Part shown: in pieces, positions 35,867 through 43,699 of the stretch
How positions within the stretch are numbered: position 1 is the first letter of the stretch
Layout: each line of letters starts with the position of its first letter
DNA from: Gaiellaceae bacterium
GTDB taxonomy: Bacteria > Actinomycetota > Thermoleophilia > Gaiellales > Gaiellaceae
Direction of reading: 5' to 3'
DNA: 64,000 nt
Assembly (NCBI GenBank): GCA_035764085.1
Contig: DASTZY010000082.1
Coordinates: 11,218-75,217, forward strand
Position numbers and translations under genes: made by a program
The notes under the pieces: generated by a model
Told to the model about the DNA's origin: nothing
The model's input: the letters and a program-made list of their open reading frames with translations, nothing else
The model's database searches: none

Positions 35867-37277
35867 AGGCGGCGGCGCCGGCGGCACCCAGGCCGAGGAT
35901 CGCGGCGACGCGGCCGGAGGTCACCTGCGCCCCGGGCAGGCTGCCGAACAGGTGCGCGCATGCGGCCAGGTAGGCGGCGAGCCACCCGTTGACCCATGCG
36001 AGCCCGGCTGCGAGCGGTGGCGCCACCGGCCCGAGCAGCGCGCAGCAGAGCGCGAGTGCGAGCATCGGCGCGGCGACGAAGCCGCCGACCGCGTTGGCGG
36101 GCACCGTGAGCAGCGGGATCTGGTGGAACTGGAACCACGAGATCGGTGCCGTCGCGAGACCGCAGGCCGCGGAGATCGCGACGACAGGTCGCAGGGCGGA
36201 GGGAAGCGGGTAGCCCTCCAGCCACGTGCTGAACCGCGGCGCGAGAAAAAAGATCGCCAGCACCGCGGCGAAGGAGAGCTGGAAGCCCGGGTCCAGCGCG
36301 TTGTACGGACTCCAGGCGAGCAGGGCGGCCGCGGCGACGACGAGGGCATGCAGAGCGTCGCGCTGGCGGCCGGTCAGCCAGGCGAGGGAGCCGAGCGCAC
36401 CGGCAATGCCTGCGCGGACGACGGATGGCTGGGCCCCCACGGCGAGGACGTAGCCCGCGATCGCGGCGAGCACGGCGACCTCCGCAGGCAGGCGCGGCAC
36501 GCCGAGGAGCAGCGCGAGCCAAAGCGTCCCGAGCGCGACCACGGCAACGTTGCCGCCACTGACTGCGAGCAAGTGGTACAGGCCGCTGGCACGAAAGTCC
36601 TGGCGGAGCGCCTCGGACAGTCCCTGGTCCTCACCGAGAACGACGCCTTCGATGACGCCCCTGCGCACACCACCCACGCCGGGAGCCGACGCGGAGCCAA
36701 GCCACGCGTGCAGTCGGTCGGCGAGGCCGGCGAGCCCGCCGCGCCGTCCGACGACGCGCCAGTCGTCCGCGCGCAGCACGGCGTGGATTCCGTGGCGACG
36801 GAGCCAGGTGCGTTCGTCGAAGCCGTGCGACGGCCCGCGCGGCGCGCGGAGCTGACCGATCAGCGCTAGGCGGGCGCCCTGCGGGGGGGCGCGGCCGAGC
36901 GGCAGCTCGAGCTGCACCGGCTCGTGCGGTGACAGGTCACCCCAACGCAGGACGAGTGCTCGGACGCGAAGCTCGAACGGGCCGTGCCGGACGGGCTCTT
37001 CGATCTCGACGACGGCGCGCTCCGCGGTGCCGATGCGCGGGGCGAGCTCGCTCCGGTCGATCGCCGCGAGGCGGGCGCTCCCGAAGGCCCACCCGACCGC
37101 TGCCACCCCGAGCCCGGCGAGTGCCAGCGCCGTACGAGGCGAGGTCGCCGCCAGCGAGACGGCGAGAAGCGCTCCGGCTGAGAGCAGCGCAGGCACGAGG
37201 CCGACGCGTGCGACTGTCGAGGCCGCTAGGCCGAGGCAGAGCGCGCAGCCGAGCGTGTGCGGCACGCGCAGCGTCAC
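35754..37277 (-). CDS. comEC: ComEC/Rec2-family DNA internalization channel (no metallo-beta-lactamase domain seen)
   Basis: Tail of track ORF 35754..37883. GTG 37277 lies in a GTGA overlap. Polytopic, with motif GLYHLLAVSGGNV. Confidence 0.85.
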   Translation of the reverse strand: MTLRVPHTLGCALCLGLAASTVARVGLVPALLSAGALLAVSLAATSPRTALALAGLGVAAVGWAFGSARLAAIDRSELAPRIGTAERAVVEIEEPVRHGPFELRVRALVLRWGDLSPHEPVQLELPLGRAPPQGARLALIGQLRAPRGPSHGFDERTWLRRHGIHAVLRADDWRVVGRRGGLAGLADRLHAWLGSASAPGVGGVRRGVIEGVVLGEDQGLSEALRQDFRASGLYHLLAVSGGNVAVVALGTLWLALLLGVPRLPAEVAVLAAIAGYVLAVGAQPSVVRAGIAGALGSLAWLTGRQRDALHALVVAAAALLAWSPYNALDPGFQLSFAAVLAIFFLAPRFSTWLEGYPLPSALRPVVAISAACGLATAPISWFQFHQIPLLTVPANAVGGFVAAPMLALALCCALLGPVAPPLAAGLAWVNGWLAAYLAACAHLFGSLPGAQVTSGRVAAILGLGAAGAAAYAWQRGERTRPEAGLPPDGDGPAEDRGGAPAPAGADR

Positions 37278-37867
37278 GGGATCACAAGCCCCTTCAGCTC
37301 GGCGAGCCTGCCCGCCCCGATGCCCGGAACGCCTTCGAGCTCGGCAACCGAGTGGAATGCGCCGTGCTCCTGCCGGAAGTCGATGATCTTCTGCGCCGTG
37401 ACCGGCCCGATCCCGGGCAGCCCGTCGAGCTGCTCGAGGGTCGCCGTGTTGAGGTCGAGCGGCGCGGTCGGCGAGGAGCCGGCGGCGGGAGGGGTCGCCG
37501 CCGCAACGCCGCCCGCGCCGCGACCCGGGACGACGACCTGCTCGCCGTCGGCGATCGGAGCGGCGAGATTCACCGCGTCGAGCTGCGCCCTCGCCGTTGG
37601 GCCGCCGGCAGCCGCGATCGCGTCGTCGATCCGCGAGCCGGAACGCAGGCGATAGAGCCCCGGGCGCCGCACTGCGCCGGCGACGTCGACCACGAGCAGC
37701 TTCGCGGCCGCCGGCCGGGCGGAACCGGACACTCGCAGCGGCGTCACGGCTGGAGCCGCAGTCCCGCCGCCCCCGAGATGCCGGATCACGAGGACGAGCA
37801 CGACCACGACGGCCACGGCCGCACCGAGAAGCTGCCGCCGCGAGAGCCCGGACACACGGACGTCCAT
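37274..37867 (-). CDS. comEA: ComEA-like DNA receptor (TM anchor, SLBB-like region, helix-hairpin-helix)
   Basis: Tail of track ORF 37274..38251, starting at ATG 37867. C-terminal LNTATLEQLDGLPGIGPVTAQKIIDFR...LEGVPGIG. Confidence 0.85.
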   Translation of the reverse strand: MDVRVSGLSRRQLLGAAVAVVVVLVLVIRHLGGGGTAAPAVTPLRVSGSARPAAAKLLVVDVAGAVRRPGLYRLRSGSRIDDAIAAAGGPTARAQLDAVNLAAPIADGEQVVVPGRGAGGVAAATPPAAGSSPTAPLDLNTATLEQLDGLPGIGPVTAQKIIDFRQEHGAFHSVAELEGVPGIGAGRLAELKGLVIP

Positions 37868-37936
37868 GCGTCCAGCGTGACAACGCGAGCGTGACGCGCG
37901 GGTCTCAGCTTCGTCGCGGCTCCGTAAACTCGCGCC

Positions 37937-38581
37937 GTGGCCGACTGGGTGACGATCTCCGCCCTCGCCTCCGCCGGCGGGACGCTCGTGCTCGCCGGCG
38001 TAACGGTCGCGTCGGTGCGTTCGGCCAACCGCGCCGCGCGCGTCGCCGAGCAGTCGCTCCTCGCCAGCCAGCGCCCGTTGCTCGTTCCCTCGCGCCTCGA
38101 GGACCCGGCCGTCAAGGCCGGCTTCCAGGACGACGTCTGGTTCTCGGTGCCGGGCGGTCAGGGCATCGCGCGAGCGACGGACGAGGCCGACTACTTCGTC
38201 ATCGCCCTCCGCAACGTCGGCACCGGGATCGCCGTCCTCCACGGCTGGCACCTCCTACCCGAGCCCCGGTTCGGCGCCGACGCCGCGCCGACCTCACTCG
38301 AGGACTTCACGAGGCTCACACGCGACCTCTACGTCGCTCCCGGCGACGTCGGCTTCTGGCAGGGCTCCTTCCGCGACCCGGCGAGCGACGGCTACCGCGA
38401 GGCCCGTCGGGCGATCGAGAGGCAGGAGCGCATCGGGGTCGACATCCTCTACGGCGACTTCGAGGGTGGTCAGCGGGTCGTCAGCCGCTTCACGCTCACG
38501 CCGCGGGAGACCGACGAGGGCGTGCGGTGGTACGCGGCGGTCGGCCGCCACTGGAACGTCGACCGCCCCGATCCGCGCTGA
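37937..38581 (+). CDS. Hypothetical membrane-anchored protein, no recognisable domain
   Basis: 214 aa with one N-terminal TM (ISALASAGGTLVLAGVTVA). Coding-like GC3 and amino-acid composition. Divergent from comEA. Confidence 0.6.
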   Translation: MADWVTISALASAGGTLVLAGVTVASVRSANRAARVAEQSLLASQRPLLVPSRLEDPAVKAGFQDDVWFSVPGGQGIARATDEADYFVIALRNVGTGIAVLHGWHLLPEPRFGADAAPTSLEDFTRLTRDLYVAPGDVGFWQGSFRDPASDGYREARRAIERQERIGVDILYGDFEGGQRVVSRFTLTPRETDEGVRWYAAVGRHWNVDRPDPR

Positions 38582-38585
38582 CATG

Positions 38586-38614
38586 CCGGGCGAAGAGCTG
38601 CGCTCTTCGCCCGG
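38586..38614 (+). terminator. Perfect 13-bp hairpin 5 nt after the stop of the hypothetical gene (no U-tract)
   Basis: CCGGGCGAAGAGC-tgc-GCTCTTCGCCCGG. Confidence 0.5.
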
Positions 38615-38629
38615 GTGATAACGAACTGC

Positions 38630-38658
38630 GCCGACGGGAGACGCGGTCTCCCGTCGGC
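38630..38658. repeat. Perfect 13-bp palindromic hairpin
   Basis: GCCGACGGGAGAC-gcg-GTCTCCCGTCGGC. Confidence 0.7.
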
Positions 38659-38751
38659 TCCGTGCAGTAGAGCTTTGAAGGGCTGACGCAAGGTTCGGAC
38701 CGCGTTTCCGTCGCGAGCGAGCATGCCTGCGGCGTGCACGCTCGCTGCTCC

Positions 38752-38784
38752 GCGGGCGGCGTAACGCACCGTTACGCCGCCCGC
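38752..38784. repeat. Perfect 15-bp palindromic hairpin with a GTAAC-N5-GTTAC core
   Basis: GCGGGCGGCGTAACG-cac-CGTTACGCCGCCCGC. Confidence 0.7.
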
Positions 38785-38837
38785 CTGGACCGCATCAGGG
38801 TTCGAAACGTCCAAACCACAGCCAGCCCAAGTTCGGA

Positions 38838-38865
38838 GGCCAAGCCTCGCGTAGCGGGCTTGGCC
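38838..38865. repeat. 9-bp stem hairpin
   Basis: GGCCAAGCC-(10 nt)-GGCTTGGCC. Confidence 0.6.
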
Positions 38866-38957
38866 GCAGGCCGGGCTGCGCTCGCGCCGGCCTTTGCCGC
38901 GCGCGAGCGCACGAGGGAGCGAGGCCATCAAGGGATCCGGAGAGAACACAGCACGGA

Positions 38958-38987
38958 GCGGGCCGGAAACCGCGCTTTCCGGCCCGC
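38958..38987 (-). terminator. Probable leuS terminator hairpin (12-bp stem)
   Basis: GCGGGCCGGAAA-ccgcgc-TTTCCGGCCCGC lies 43 nt downstream of the leuS stop. On the minus strand it is followed by the moderately U-rich UCCGUGCUGUGUUCUCU. Confidence 0.5.
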
Positions 38988-39029
38988 GCAGTTCCTTCAA
39001 ACAGCGAGGAAACGCGCAGCGTTTGCGAG

Positions 39030-41405
39030 CTAGACGACGAAGTTGACGAGCTTCTTGGGGACGACGATCGTCTTGCGCGGCTCACCGCCGTCGAGGTAGC
39101 TCCGCACGCGCTCGCTCTCGCGCGCCCGGGCCACGAGGTCGTCCTCGCTCAGGCCCGCGTCCACCTCGAAGCGGTCCCGTACCTTGCCGTTCACCTGGAC
39201 GACCAGCTCGAACGTCTCCCGCACGAGTTGCGCCTCGTCGGCCTCCGGCCACGGCTCCTGCCACAGGCGCTCGTGCCCCAGCACCGTCCAGAGCTCCTCC
39301 GCGACGTGCGGCGCGTACGGCTGGATGAGCGAGACTGCCGTCTCCGCGGCGAACCGCGCGTCGGGCGCGTCGACCGCGCCGCCGAGCTCGTTGACCAGCT
39401 CCATCATGGCCGAGATCGGCGTGTGGAACTGGAAGCGGCGCAGCACGTCGTCCGTCACCCGCACGATCGTCTCGTTCGCCTTCTGCGCCAGCCCTCCCTC
39501 GCGCTCGCCCGGGGACGGCGCCGCCTCGGCCACCTCGTGCACGACGCGCCACAGCCGGCGCAGGAAGCGCACGATCCCCTCCACCCCGGCAGGCGTCCAC
39601 TCCATGTCCTGGTCGGCCGGGCCCATGAACAGGATGTAGAGCCGCACGGCGTCGGCGCCGTACGCGTCCACGACCGCGTCCGGCCCCTCGACGTTCCCCT
39701 TCGTCTTCGACATCTTCGTCCCGCCGAGCGTCACCCACCCCTGGTGGAAGACGCGGGCGAACGGCTCCCGGAAGCCGACCATCCCCCAGTCGTTCATCGC
39801 CTTGACGAAGAAGCGCGAGTAGAGCAGATGGCCGGTCGAGTGGTCGATGCCGCCGATGTACTGGGAGACCGGCAGCCAGTAGTCGACGACGAACCGGTCG
39901 AACGGCGCCTCGTCGTTGTGCGAGTCGATGTAGCGGAGGAAGTACCAGGAGGAGTCGACGAACGTGTCCATCGTGTCCGGGTCGCGGCGCGCCGGCGCGC
40001 CGCACTGCGGGCAGTCGACGGCCATGTACTCCTCGTTGGCGGCGAGCGGCGGCTTCCCCTTCGGGGCGTAGTCCTCGATGTCGGGCAGGATCACGGGCAG
40101 GTCGTCCTCGGGCACCGGGACGACGCCGCACTGCTCGCAGTGGATGAACGGGATCGGGCAGCCCCAGTAGCGCTGACGCGAGACGCTCCAGTCGCGCAGC
40201 CGGTAGTTGACGGTGGCCTTGCCCCGACCCTCGGCCTCGAGCGCGGCCACGATCGCGCGCGCGCCCTCCTCGGCCGGCAGCCCGTCGAACTGCCCGGAGT
40301 TGACGAGCTTCCCGCCGTCGTCGATCACGACCTTAGTCGGCAGGACGAAGGTCTCGGCGAACTCGCCGTCGCGCTCGTCGTGGGCGGGGACGGCCATGAT
40401 CGCGCCTGTGCCGTAGTCCATCAGCACGTAGTCGGCGACCCAGATCGGCAGCCGCTCGCCGTTGATCGGGTTGACCGCATGCAGGCCGGTGAAGACGCCG
40501 GTCTTCGTCGTCCCGGCGGCGCGCTCCTCGACGGGCCTCGCGCCCGCGTGCCGCGCGTACTCCTTCGCCTCGCCGCTCCCGTGCGCCTCGACGAACGGGT
40601 GCTCCGGCGCGACGACGAAGAACGTCGCGCCGAACAGCGTGTCGGCGCGGGTGGTGAAGACCGCGAGGTCGTCGCCGGTCTCCTCGACGCGGAAGAGGAT
40701 CTCGGCGCCCTCCGAGCGGCCGATCCAGTTCCGCTGGATCGTCATCGTCCGTGTCGGCCACTCCGCTCCGGGGTACTCGAGCAACTCGTCCGCGTAGGCC
40801 GTCGTCCGCATGTACCACTGCGTCATGTTCCGAAGCTCGACCTCCGAGCCGCAGCGCTCGCAGCGGCCGTCCACGACGTACTCGTTCGCGATCACGGTCT
40901 GGTCGTTGGGGCACCAGTTGACCGGCCCTTCCCTCCGGTAGCAGAGGTCGTGGGCCACGAACTGCTGGAAGAGCCACTGCGTCCAGCGGTAGAAGGTCGG
41001 CTGGTGAGCCGAGACCTCGCGGTCCCAGTCGATCGCCCAGCCCAGCCGCTTCATCTGGGCGCGCATCGTCTCGATGTTCCGCTCGATCGTCTCGCGCGGG
41101 TGCCGCCCCTCCCGGATCGCCGCGTTCTCGGCCGGCAGACCGAACGCGTCCCAGCCCATCGGCCGCACGACGTGCCAGCCGCTCCGCCGGCGCACGTGCG
41201 TCTGCACGTCGCCCATCGTGTAGTTGAGGACGTGACCCATGTGCAGGCTCGGGCCGGACGGGTACGGCAGCATCTCGAGCTGGTACCAGTGGTTCTCGGC
41301 CGCGGGCTCGCCGGGCTGCGGGTTCTCGACCCTGAACGCGCCCTCGTCCTCCCAGACGCGCTGCCACTTGGCCTCGATCGCGTGCGGCTCGTATCTCGGT
41401 GTCAT
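39030..41405 (-). CDS. leuS: Leucine--tRNA ligase
   Basis: 791 aa. HIGH-type motif LHMGHVLNY and KMSKS-type motif GTKMSKTKGN. Confidence 0.95.
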   Translation of the reverse strand: MTPRYEPHAIEAKWQRVWEDEGAFRVENPQPGEPAAENHWYQLEMLPYPSGPSLHMGHVLNYTMGDVQTHVRRRSGWHVVRPMGWDAFGLPAENAAIREGRHPRETIERNIETMRAQMKRLGWAIDWDREVSAHQPTFYRWTQWLFQQFVAHDLCYRREGPVNWCPNDQTVIANEYVVDGRCERCGSEVELRNMTQWYMRTTAYADELLEYPGAEWPTRTMTIQRNWIGRSEGAEILFRVEETGDDLAVFTTRADTLFGATFFVVAPEHPFVEAHGSGEAKEYARHAGARPVEERAAGTTKTGVFTGLHAVNPINGERLPIWVADYVLMDYGTGAIMAVPAHDERDGEFAETFVLPTKVVIDDGGKLVNSGQFDGLPAEEGARAIVAALEAEGRGKATVNYRLRDWSVSRQRYWGCPIPFIHCEQCGVVPVPEDDLPVILPDIEDYAPKGKPPLAANEEYMAVDCPQCGAPARRDPDTMDTFVDSSWYFLRYIDSHNDEAPFDRFVVDYWLPVSQYIGGIDHSTGHLLYSRFFVKAMNDWGMVGFREPFARVFHQGWVTLGGTKMSKTKGNVEGPDAVVDAYGADAVRLYILFMGPADQDMEWTPAGVEGIVRFLRRLWRVVHEVAEAAPSPGEREGGLAQKANETIVRVTDDVLRRFQFHTPISAMMELVNELGGAVDAPDARFAAETAVSLIQPYAPHVAEELWTVLGHERLWQEPWPEADEAQLVRETFELVVQVNGKVRDRFEVDAGLSEDDLVARARESERVRSYLDGGEPRKTIVVPKKLVNFVV

Positions 41406-41427
41406 CGAAGAAACGTCCTCTGGAACG

Positions 41428-41449
41428 AAAAAACCTCTCCGAGGAGAGG
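41428..41449 (-). terminator. Intrinsic terminator-like hairpin plus U6 inside the leuS 5' leader (candidate attenuator)
   Basis: The minus-strand RNA reads CCUCUC-CUCG-GAGAGG-UUUUUU. The U-tract ends 22 nt before the leuS ATG (41405). Confidence 0.6.
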
Positions 41450-41492
41450 CCGTGGGAGGCTGGCGCGGAAGCTCCGCGCGTGTCTCCCTGAA

Positions 41493-41516
41493 CTAGGTAA
41501 GAAGCAGCTCCTGCAT
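41493..41516 (-). promoter_or_regulatory. Candidate leader peptide ORF MQELLLT* (three consecutive Leu codons)
   Basis: ATG CAG GAG CTG CTT CTT ACC TAG on the minus strand, upstream of two hairpins and the terminator. No clear SD. TGCTAGTAT (extended -10-like) ends 10 nt upstream of the ATG. Confidence 0.35.
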
Positions 41517-41537
41517 CGGGGTCTCGATACTAGCACC

Positions 41538-42758
41538 GTGCTCGAGCTCCTTCCCGAAACCGCGCGGATCGAGGACGGCGAGCTGTCGCTGGGCGGCGTC
41601 CGCGTGACGCGGCTCGCGGAGGAGCACGGGACGCCGCTCGTCGTCTACTGCGAGGCCACGATCCGCTCTCAGGTGCGCGCGTACCGCGAGGCCGCGCCGG
41701 GGGCACTCGTCGTCTACGGGACGAAGGCGTTCGCGAACGTCGCGCTGCTGCGGCTGCTCGCGGAGGAGGGCGCCGGCGCCGACGTCTCGACGCTCGGCGA
41801 GCTCGCGTTCGCGCTCGCCGCCGGGATCCCGGGCGAGGGGCTCGTCTTCCACGGCAACAACAAGTCGGAGGAGGAGCTGCGCGCGGCGGCGGAGGCCGGC
41901 GCGCTCGTCGTGCTCGACGGGCCGGGCGAGGCGGAGGCGGCCGCGGCGGCGGGCGTGCGTCGGGTGCTCGTGCGGCTGACGCCGGGCGTCGAGGCGGTGA
42001 CGCACCGCTCGATCCAGACGGCGCACGAGGAGTCGAAGTTCGGGCTGGCCCCCGACGCGGCCGAGCGCGAGGTGGATCGCGCGCGCGAGCTGGGGCTACA
42101 GGTCGAGGGCGTGCACGTCCACGTCGGCTCCCAGCTCGGGCGGGTGGACGAGAGCGTCGTCGCGCTCGAGCGCGCGCTCGCGTTCCTCGAGCGGCTCGAC
42201 TGGAAGCCGCGCACCCTCGACCTCGGCGGCGGTCTCGGCGTCCGGCACAACCGCGACGAGCGGCTCCCGTCCGTGGCCGAGTTCGTGGGCCCGCTCGCCG
42301 CACGCGTCCCGGACAGCGTCTCGCTGATCCTCGAGCCCGGCCGCTCGCTCGTCGGCCGCGCCGGCGTGACGCTGTACCGCGTCGGCTCGGTCAAGGAGTC
42401 CGGCGGCGTCACGTACGCGGCGATCGACGGCGGGATGTCCGACAACCCGCGCCCGCAGCTCTACGGCGCCCGCTACGAGGCCCTGCTGGCGAACCGCGCG
42501 GAGGAGCTGCCCAGCGGCGTCTACCGCGTCGCCGGCAAGCACTGCGAGTCGGGTGACGTGCTGATCGAGGCGGCCGAGCTGCCGGAGCCGCGGCCGGAGG
42601 ACCTGCTCGCCGTGCCGGCGACGGGCGCGTACACGCTCGCGCTCGGCTCGACGTACAACGGCGTCCCGCGGCCCGCGGTCGTCCTGGTCGGCGACGGCGA
42701 GGCGCGTCTGGTGCGGGCTCGGGAGACCGTGGACGATCTCCTACGCTTCGAGAGATGA
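41538..42758 (+). CDS. lysA: Diaminopimelate decarboxylase
   Basis: Tail of track ORF 39228..42758, starting at GTG 41538. Motifs HGTPLVVY, HVHVGSQ, EPGRSLVG, CESGD, GAYT. Confidence 0.9.
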   Translation: MLELLPETARIEDGELSLGGVRVTRLAEEHGTPLVVYCEATIRSQVRAYREAAPGALVVYGTKAFANVALLRLLAEEGAGADVSTLGELAFALAAGIPGEGLVFHGNNKSEEELRAAAEAGALVVLDGPGEAEAAAAAGVRRVLVRLTPGVEAVTHRSIQTAHEESKFGLAPDAAEREVDRARELGLQVEGVHVHVGSQLGRVDESVVALERALAFLERLDWKPRTLDLGGGLGVRHNRDERLPSVAEFVGPLAARVPDSVSLILEPGRSLVGRAGVTLYRVGSVKESGGVTYAAIDGGMSDNPRPQLYGARYEALLANRAEELPSGVYRVAGKHCESGDVLIEAAELPEPRPEDLLAVPATGAYTLALGSTYNGVPRPAVVLVGDGEARLVRARETVDDLLRFER

Positions 42759-43687
42759 GGCTCGCGCGGGTACCGGGGGTCGTCCTCATCGCCGTCGCCG
42801 CGGCGATGTGGGGAACCGACCCGATCATCCGCAAGACGATGAGCGGGACGACTTCGGCGACGACGATCGTCTTCGGCGAACACGTGATTCTCGTCCTCTG
42901 CACACTGCCGTTCCTCCTCCCCGCACTTCGCTCCGTTCGGCGCGCGGGCTCGCGCTACGTAGCCGCCGCGGTCGTGGTCGGCGCGGGCGCCTCGGCGGCC
43001 GCCACGATCCTCTTCACGGACGCACTGATCGGACACTCCGACTTCATCACCCCCGTCGTGATCCAGAAGGTGCAGCCGCTCGTGGCCGTCGGCGCCGCCG
43101 CCCTTCTGCTCGGCGAGCGGCCGCGCCCGGGCTTCTGGTGGTTCTTCCTCCCCGCGCTCGCGGGCTTCTGGCTCGTCAACCAGCCGCACCCGCTCGAGCC
43201 GTCCGCCGGTGGCGTCGTCGTGATCGTGGAGGCGACCGCTGCGGCCGTGCTGTGGGCGCTGGGAACGGTGCTGGGGCGGTACATGTCCCGCGAGCTCGAG
43301 TTCCATCACATCCTCTCGCTGCGCTTCTTCTTCGGGCTCATCGCGAGCGCCGTCGCGTTGCCGATCATGAGCGCGAGCGCCTACTCGAACGGCCACGACA
43401 CCGTGTTGATCCTCTACCTGGCGCTCGTGACCGGCCTGCTCGCGCTGACGCTCTACTACTTCGGGCTGCAGCGCACGCCGGCCGTCCTCTCGTCCCTTGC
43501 GGAGCTCACGTATCCGGCCGTCGCGGTGATCGCCGGCATCTACGCGTACGACCAGCACCTGGTCTGGACACAGTGGCTCGGCATCGCGCTGATCCTCGGC
43601 GCCGTGACGCTTCTGCCCGTGCAGCGGCAGCGGAAGGTCGTGCGGATCGATCCGGGCGACGCCCTACCGGGGGCCGCGCCCGCCTGA
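42755..43687 (+). CDS. DMT-superfamily (EamA-like) transporter
   Basis: 310 aa, about 10 TM segments, two EamA-like halves. ATG 42755 lies in an ATGA overlap with lysA. Confidence 0.8.
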   Translation: MRLARVPGVVLIAVAAAMWGTDPIIRKTMSGTTSATTIVFGEHVILVLCTLPFLLPALRSVRRAGSRYVAAAVVVGAGASAAATILFTDALIGHSDFITPVVIQKVQPLVAVGAAALLLGERPRPGFWWFFLPALAGFWLVNQPHPLEPSAGGVVVIVEATAAAVLWALGTVLGRYMSRELEFHHILSLRFFFGLIASAVALPIMSASAYSNGHDTVLILYLALVTGLLALTLYYFGLQRTPAVLSSLAELTYPAVAVIAGIYAYDQHLVWTQWLGIALILGAVTLLPVQRQRKVVRIDPGDALPGAAPA

Positions 43688-43699
43688 GATAGTCACCGA

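Noticed and set aside
38470-39033. Track ORFs 38470..39000(-) and 38734..39033(+) as real genes, and the region as a known housekeeping RNA (tmRNA, RNase P RNA, SRP RNA, 6S, 6C)
   Set aside because: The translations look non-coding. I could not find the hallmark sequences of those RNAs (the RNase P GAGGAAAGUCC box, the SRP GGAA/AGCA domain IV motif, the tmRNA tRNA-like ends). GGGTTCGAA at 38798 resembles a T-loop, but the flanks do not form a T-stem.
41406-41537. A T-box riboswitch as the explanation for the leuS leader terminator
   Set aside because: The spacer is only 132 nt, and upstream of the terminator there is nothing resembling the conserved T-box sequence (..GGGUGGUACCGCG..). There is also no specifier-loop architecture. 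The upstream DNA is lysA coding sequence.
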